Source: Fidelibacterota bacterium
GTDB lineage: Bacteria > Fidelibacterota > Marinisomatia > Marinisomatales > UBA2128
NCBI GenBank assembly: GCA_046861645.1
Contig: JBHHUM010000040.1
Coordinates: 1 to 18,394, forward strand
DNA: 18,394 nucleotides
Direction: 5' to 3'
The notes beneath the pieces were generated by a model. It did not search any database, was not told the DNA's origin, and saw only the letters and a list, made by a program, of their open reading frames with translations. Each line of letters opens with the position of its first letter. Within the stretch, counting starts at the first letter, position 1. This document shows positions 15,786-18,394 of the stretch, piece by piece. The position numbers and the translations under genes were made by a program.

Positions 15786-15811
15786 GTCGGCAGTTATAAA
15801 CTATTGCCGAC
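15786..15811. promoter_or_regulatory. Inverted repeat, probable AbiEi autoregulatory operator
   Basis: GTCGGCA-N12-TGCCGAC perfect 7-bp IR directly downstream of the -10, extending imperfectly outwards (ATAAT/ATTAT; AAATGTA/TACATTT). AbiEi antitoxins are known to repress their own promoter via inverted repeats. Confidence 0.6.
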
Positions 15812-15830
15812 ATTATCTTACATTTCTAAA

Positions 15831-16433
15831 ATGAAGAATTCGCGTTCACAAAAAATCATAGACCTTGTGAGTGAGAAGGGCATTATCAGGCCTCGAGACC
15901 TGAAGCAGCTCGGAATCCCTGAAACTTATCTATATCGCCTTGTTGGTAGCGGGGATATTGTCCGAATAGCTCGTGGGCTCTATACGACACCTGGTTTCAC
16001 CTTTTCAGAACATGAGAGTCTAGCGGAGGTCTGTAAACGTGTTCCTCACGGTGTAATATGTCTCCTTTCCGCTCTAAACTTCCACAATCTCACGACACAG
16101 CTGCCCTTTCAAGTATGGATGGCTATTCATCATAAAACACGCTCCCCGAAGATCGACATCGTACCTGTTCGAATCATCAGAATGTCCGGAGCCTCCCTCG
16201 ATGAGGGTATTGAAGTGCATAAGGTAGATAAAGTACCTGTAAACGTATTCGGTCCTGCAAAAACTGTAGTAGACTGTTTCAAATACCGTAATAAGGTCGG
16301 GCTGGACGTGGCTTTGGAAGCTCTTCGGGATTGTTGGCAAAAACGTCAGTGCACCATGGATGAACTGTGGCGTTTCGCGAAGATTTGCCGTGTCACAGAG
16401 GTGATCAGGCCCTATCTTGAATCTCTCGTATGA
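15831..16433 (+). CDS. abiEi: Type IV toxin-antitoxin antitoxin, AbiEi family transcriptional regulator
   Basis: N-terminal wHTH (LYRLVGSGDIVRIARGLY), GVICLLSALNFHNLTTQLP and AKTVVDCFKYRNKVGLDVALEAL. Start moved to ATG 15831 because TTG 15804 lies inside the operator IR. Confidence 0.9.
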   Translation: MKNSRSQKIIDLVSEKGIIRPRDLKQLGIPETYLYRLVGSGDIVRIARGLYTTPGFTFSEHESLAEVCKRVPHGVICLLSALNFHNLTTQLPFQVWMAIHHKTRSPKIDIVPVRIIRMSGASLDEGIEVHKVDKVPVNVFGPAKTVVDCFKYRNKVGLDVALEALRDCWQKRQCTMDELWRFAKICRVTEVIRPYLESLV

Positions 16434-17347
16434 ATCAGGGACAACCCAAAAACATTTCCCACTCTGTCCGTCAGAGATTGAAAAACCTTTCAGAAGAAAT
16501 GGAGGAGGAATTCCAGAGAGTTCTTATTCGTTACGCCATAGAAAGACTGCTCTACCGTCTTACTCAATCGGATTATATTGGTGATTTTGTGCTCAAGGGT
16601 GCCATGCTGTTTTGCTACTGGAATCAGAAACTCCATCGTGCGACCAAAGACCTCGATTTGCTTGGAACTGGAGAGAGTTCAGTAGATCAGCTGGAAGAGA
16701 TATTTCGAACTATCTGCGGTGTGGTCGTTGTTGATGATGGTCTGAGGTTTAACAAAGACAAAGTCAGAGGGGTGGAAATCCGTGAAGATCAAGAATATGA
16801 GGGTGTAAGAATTCTCATGGGAGCTGCACTCGATTCTGCTCGGATTCCTTTGCAGATTGATATCGGCTTTGGTGATGTCATCGTTCCTTCGCCACAGCTT
16901 GTAGAATATCCAACCATTTTGGAATTTCCTTCTCCTCACTTGAAGGCTTATCCTCGGGAAACGACCATTGCGGAGAAGTATCAGACTATCGTACGGTTCG
17001 GTATTGCATCCAGTCGTGTAAAAGATTTCTATGACATTTGGTTTCTTGCGCAGAAGTTCACTTTTGATGGGCAGAAACTGTCGGGAGCGATTGGCGCCAC
17101 ATTCAAAAGGAGGAGGACGACGATTCCTCTTGAGATACCTGTTGCCCTTTCGGCTGATTTCTTTAACAATAAGAACAAACAGGCACAATGGAGAGCGTTT
17201 ATTGAAAAAGGGAGGTTGGAGATTAGTGTACCAGATCTAAGAAAGGTTTCTTCTTTCTTGGAGCAATTTTTGATTCCTCCGGCTCTGGCAGCTGCGACTC
17301 GTGAGAATTTTACATTCACTTGGAGCCCACCAGGACCGTGGCAATGA
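16430..17347 (+). CDS. abiEii: Type IV toxin-antitoxin toxin, AbiEii/AbiGii nucleotidyltransferase
   Basis: FVLKGAML, RATKDLDL, IAEK and SRVKDFYDI motifs; ATGA overlap with abiEi. Confidence 0.9.
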   Translation: MNQGQPKNISHSVRQRLKNLSEEMEEEFQRVLIRYAIERLLYRLTQSDYIGDFVLKGAMLFCYWNQKLHRATKDLDLLGTGESSVDQLEEIFRTICGVVVVDDGLRFNKDKVRGVEIREDQEYEGVRILMGAALDSARIPLQIDIGFGDVIVPSPQLVEYPTILEFPSPHLKAYPRETTIAEKYQTIVRFGIASSRVKDFYDIWFLAQKFTFDGQKLSGAIGATFKRRRTTIPLEIPVALSADFFNNKNKQAQWRAFIEKGRLEISVPDLRKVSSFLEQFLIPPALAAATRENFTFTWSPPGPWQ

Positions 17348-17579
17348 GTAGGAAGCAATTTGTATGACTAAAGATGTGCGTTACTGATGTAATCGTACCA
17401 CTATAAGTAGTACCTATGTATGAATTTGTTTGATAATCAGAGGTCTAAATAGTGGGATAAGATAAAATATCATTTCCTTTTACAATGGCCTCGCAATTTG
17501 TATTTTCTGCTTAAGTAATCTCGAGTGGAAATCTAGCATAGTGAATATTTTAAATAGTTTCAAACATTAATATCATTCC

Positions 17580-18011
17580 ATGACATCTAATTCAAGTTGC
17601 AAGTTTTCAATATCGAAGAATCGAATGTACTCAGAGCAAACAAGAGATACGATTCATTCTATTTGCAGGGAGCATGGATTTGATGAGATGGACGCAAATC
17701 GTATGGAAATGGCAATTAGAGAAACTTGCCAAAATGCAATTAAGTATGGAATTCATCCTGAAGAAGAATCGAATTATTATCTTGAATTACACATCAACGA
17801 AACAGAGATAAAAGCTATTGTGATTAGTAAAGGAGATGCTATTGATTTTGATAATATTAAGCCGTTTGATATACACCATGATTTCTTAACATATAAAGAT
17901 GGGGGTTTGGGAATACCGCTGGTTAAGGCGCTCATGGATGACGTGCATTATGAGCGGAAGGCAAATAGCACCAACAAAATAACTTTAATAAAGTATATTA
18001 AATCAAGATAA
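17580..18011 (+). CDS. rsbW: RsbW-like anti-sigma factor / Ser kinase (HATPase_c)
   Basis: N-box EMAIRETCQNAIKYG and G2-box DGGLGIPLVKALMDDVHY; adjacent to a STAS protein. Confidence 0.75.
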   Translation: MTSNSSCKFSISKNRMYSEQTRDTIHSICREHGFDEMDANRMEMAIRETCQNAIKYGIHPEEESNYYLELHINETEIKAIVISKGDAIDFDNIKPFDIHHDFLTYKDGGLGIPLVKALMDDVHYERKANSTNKITLIKYIKSR

Positions 18012-18029
18012 AAAGGAGAGAAGTAACAA

Positions 18030-18374
18030 ATGAAAATCAAAGAAAAAGTTAATGGGGATGTCACTGTATTGACCCTGTCTGGGAAGATGATGAATGGTCC
18101 TGAAAGCATCAATTTACATCCCTATGTTAAAGGACTCATTGAAAAGGATCAGACGAAAATTGTAGTTGATATGGGGAAGGTAAAGTGGTTTAGCAGTACG
18201 GGACTGGGATCGTTACTTGCCTCGTATACATCATTACGAAATGCGGAGGGTGATTTGAGGATTGCCCGTCCCACTCAGAAGATCTACAGTGTCTTTATGT
18301 CAACTCAACTGACTAAAGTGTTTGACAGCTTTGATACCGTCGAGGAAGCAGTTGAAAGCTATACGACAAAGTAA
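18030..18374 (+). CDS. rsbV: STAS-domain anti-sigma factor antagonist (RsbV/SpoIIAA-like)
   Basis: VTVLTLSG, IVVDMGKVKWFSSTGLGSL (phospho-Ser region) and FDTVEEAVES; AAGGAG RBS upstream. Confidence 0.8.
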   Translation: MKIKEKVNGDVTVLTLSGKMMNGPESINLHPYVKGLIEKDQTKIVVDMGKVKWFSSTGLGSLLASYTSLRNAEGDLRIARPTQKIYSVFMSTQLTKVFDSFDTVEEAVESYTTK

Positions 18375-18394
18375 GATTTGCTGCTTTCCAAATC

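Noticed and set aside
3108..17358. Numerous antisense and alternate-frame ORFs in the track (e.g. 4044-4571, 10905-11225, 14963-15349, 16679-17188)
   Set aside because: They lie wholly or mostly within well-supported genes, lack recognisable motifs and look like shadow ORFs.
17479..17506. Possible sigma70 promoter TTTACA-N16-TATTTT upstream of rsbW
   Set aside because: Imperfect match with 16-bp spacing in very AT-rich DNA; not distinguishable from chance.
17580..18374. RsbW/RsbV pair as a novel system
   Set aside because: Ordinary partner-switching module; the cognate phosphatase or sigma factor may lie outside the window.

Overview
Bacterial chromosomal window, almost all on the + strand; gene style (TPR lipoprotein, PEGA protein, STAS/RsbW pair) suggests an FCB-superphylum organism such as Marinimicrobia, which is inference only. 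In order: a small Zn-ribbon ORF and a PEGA-domain gene (- strand); TPR lipoprotein-pyrK-pyrD; a REP-associated tyrosine transposase (RAYT/TnpA-REP, HUH Y1) bracketed by two 33-bp nested palindromes, with a third decayed copy after rlpA; rlpA; cdsA; a tightly coupled 8-gene uncharacterised operon (6939-14688); an orphan OppD/DppD-type ABC ATPase that appears to start at CTG; an AbiEi/AbiEii type IV toxin-antitoxin pair with an extended -10 promoter and inverted-repeat operator; and an RsbW/RsbV-like pair. The best candidate for an undescribed system is the 8-gene operon. It combines a GlmL/MutL-like actin-fold ATPase (no B12 mutase in the window), a barrel-sandwich-hybrid/KOW protein and four membrane proteins. 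Two of these carry apparently paralogous soluble domains on opposite membrane faces, suggesting an ATP-driven membrane complex or transporter. All family calls come from motif recognition by eye; no searches were run.
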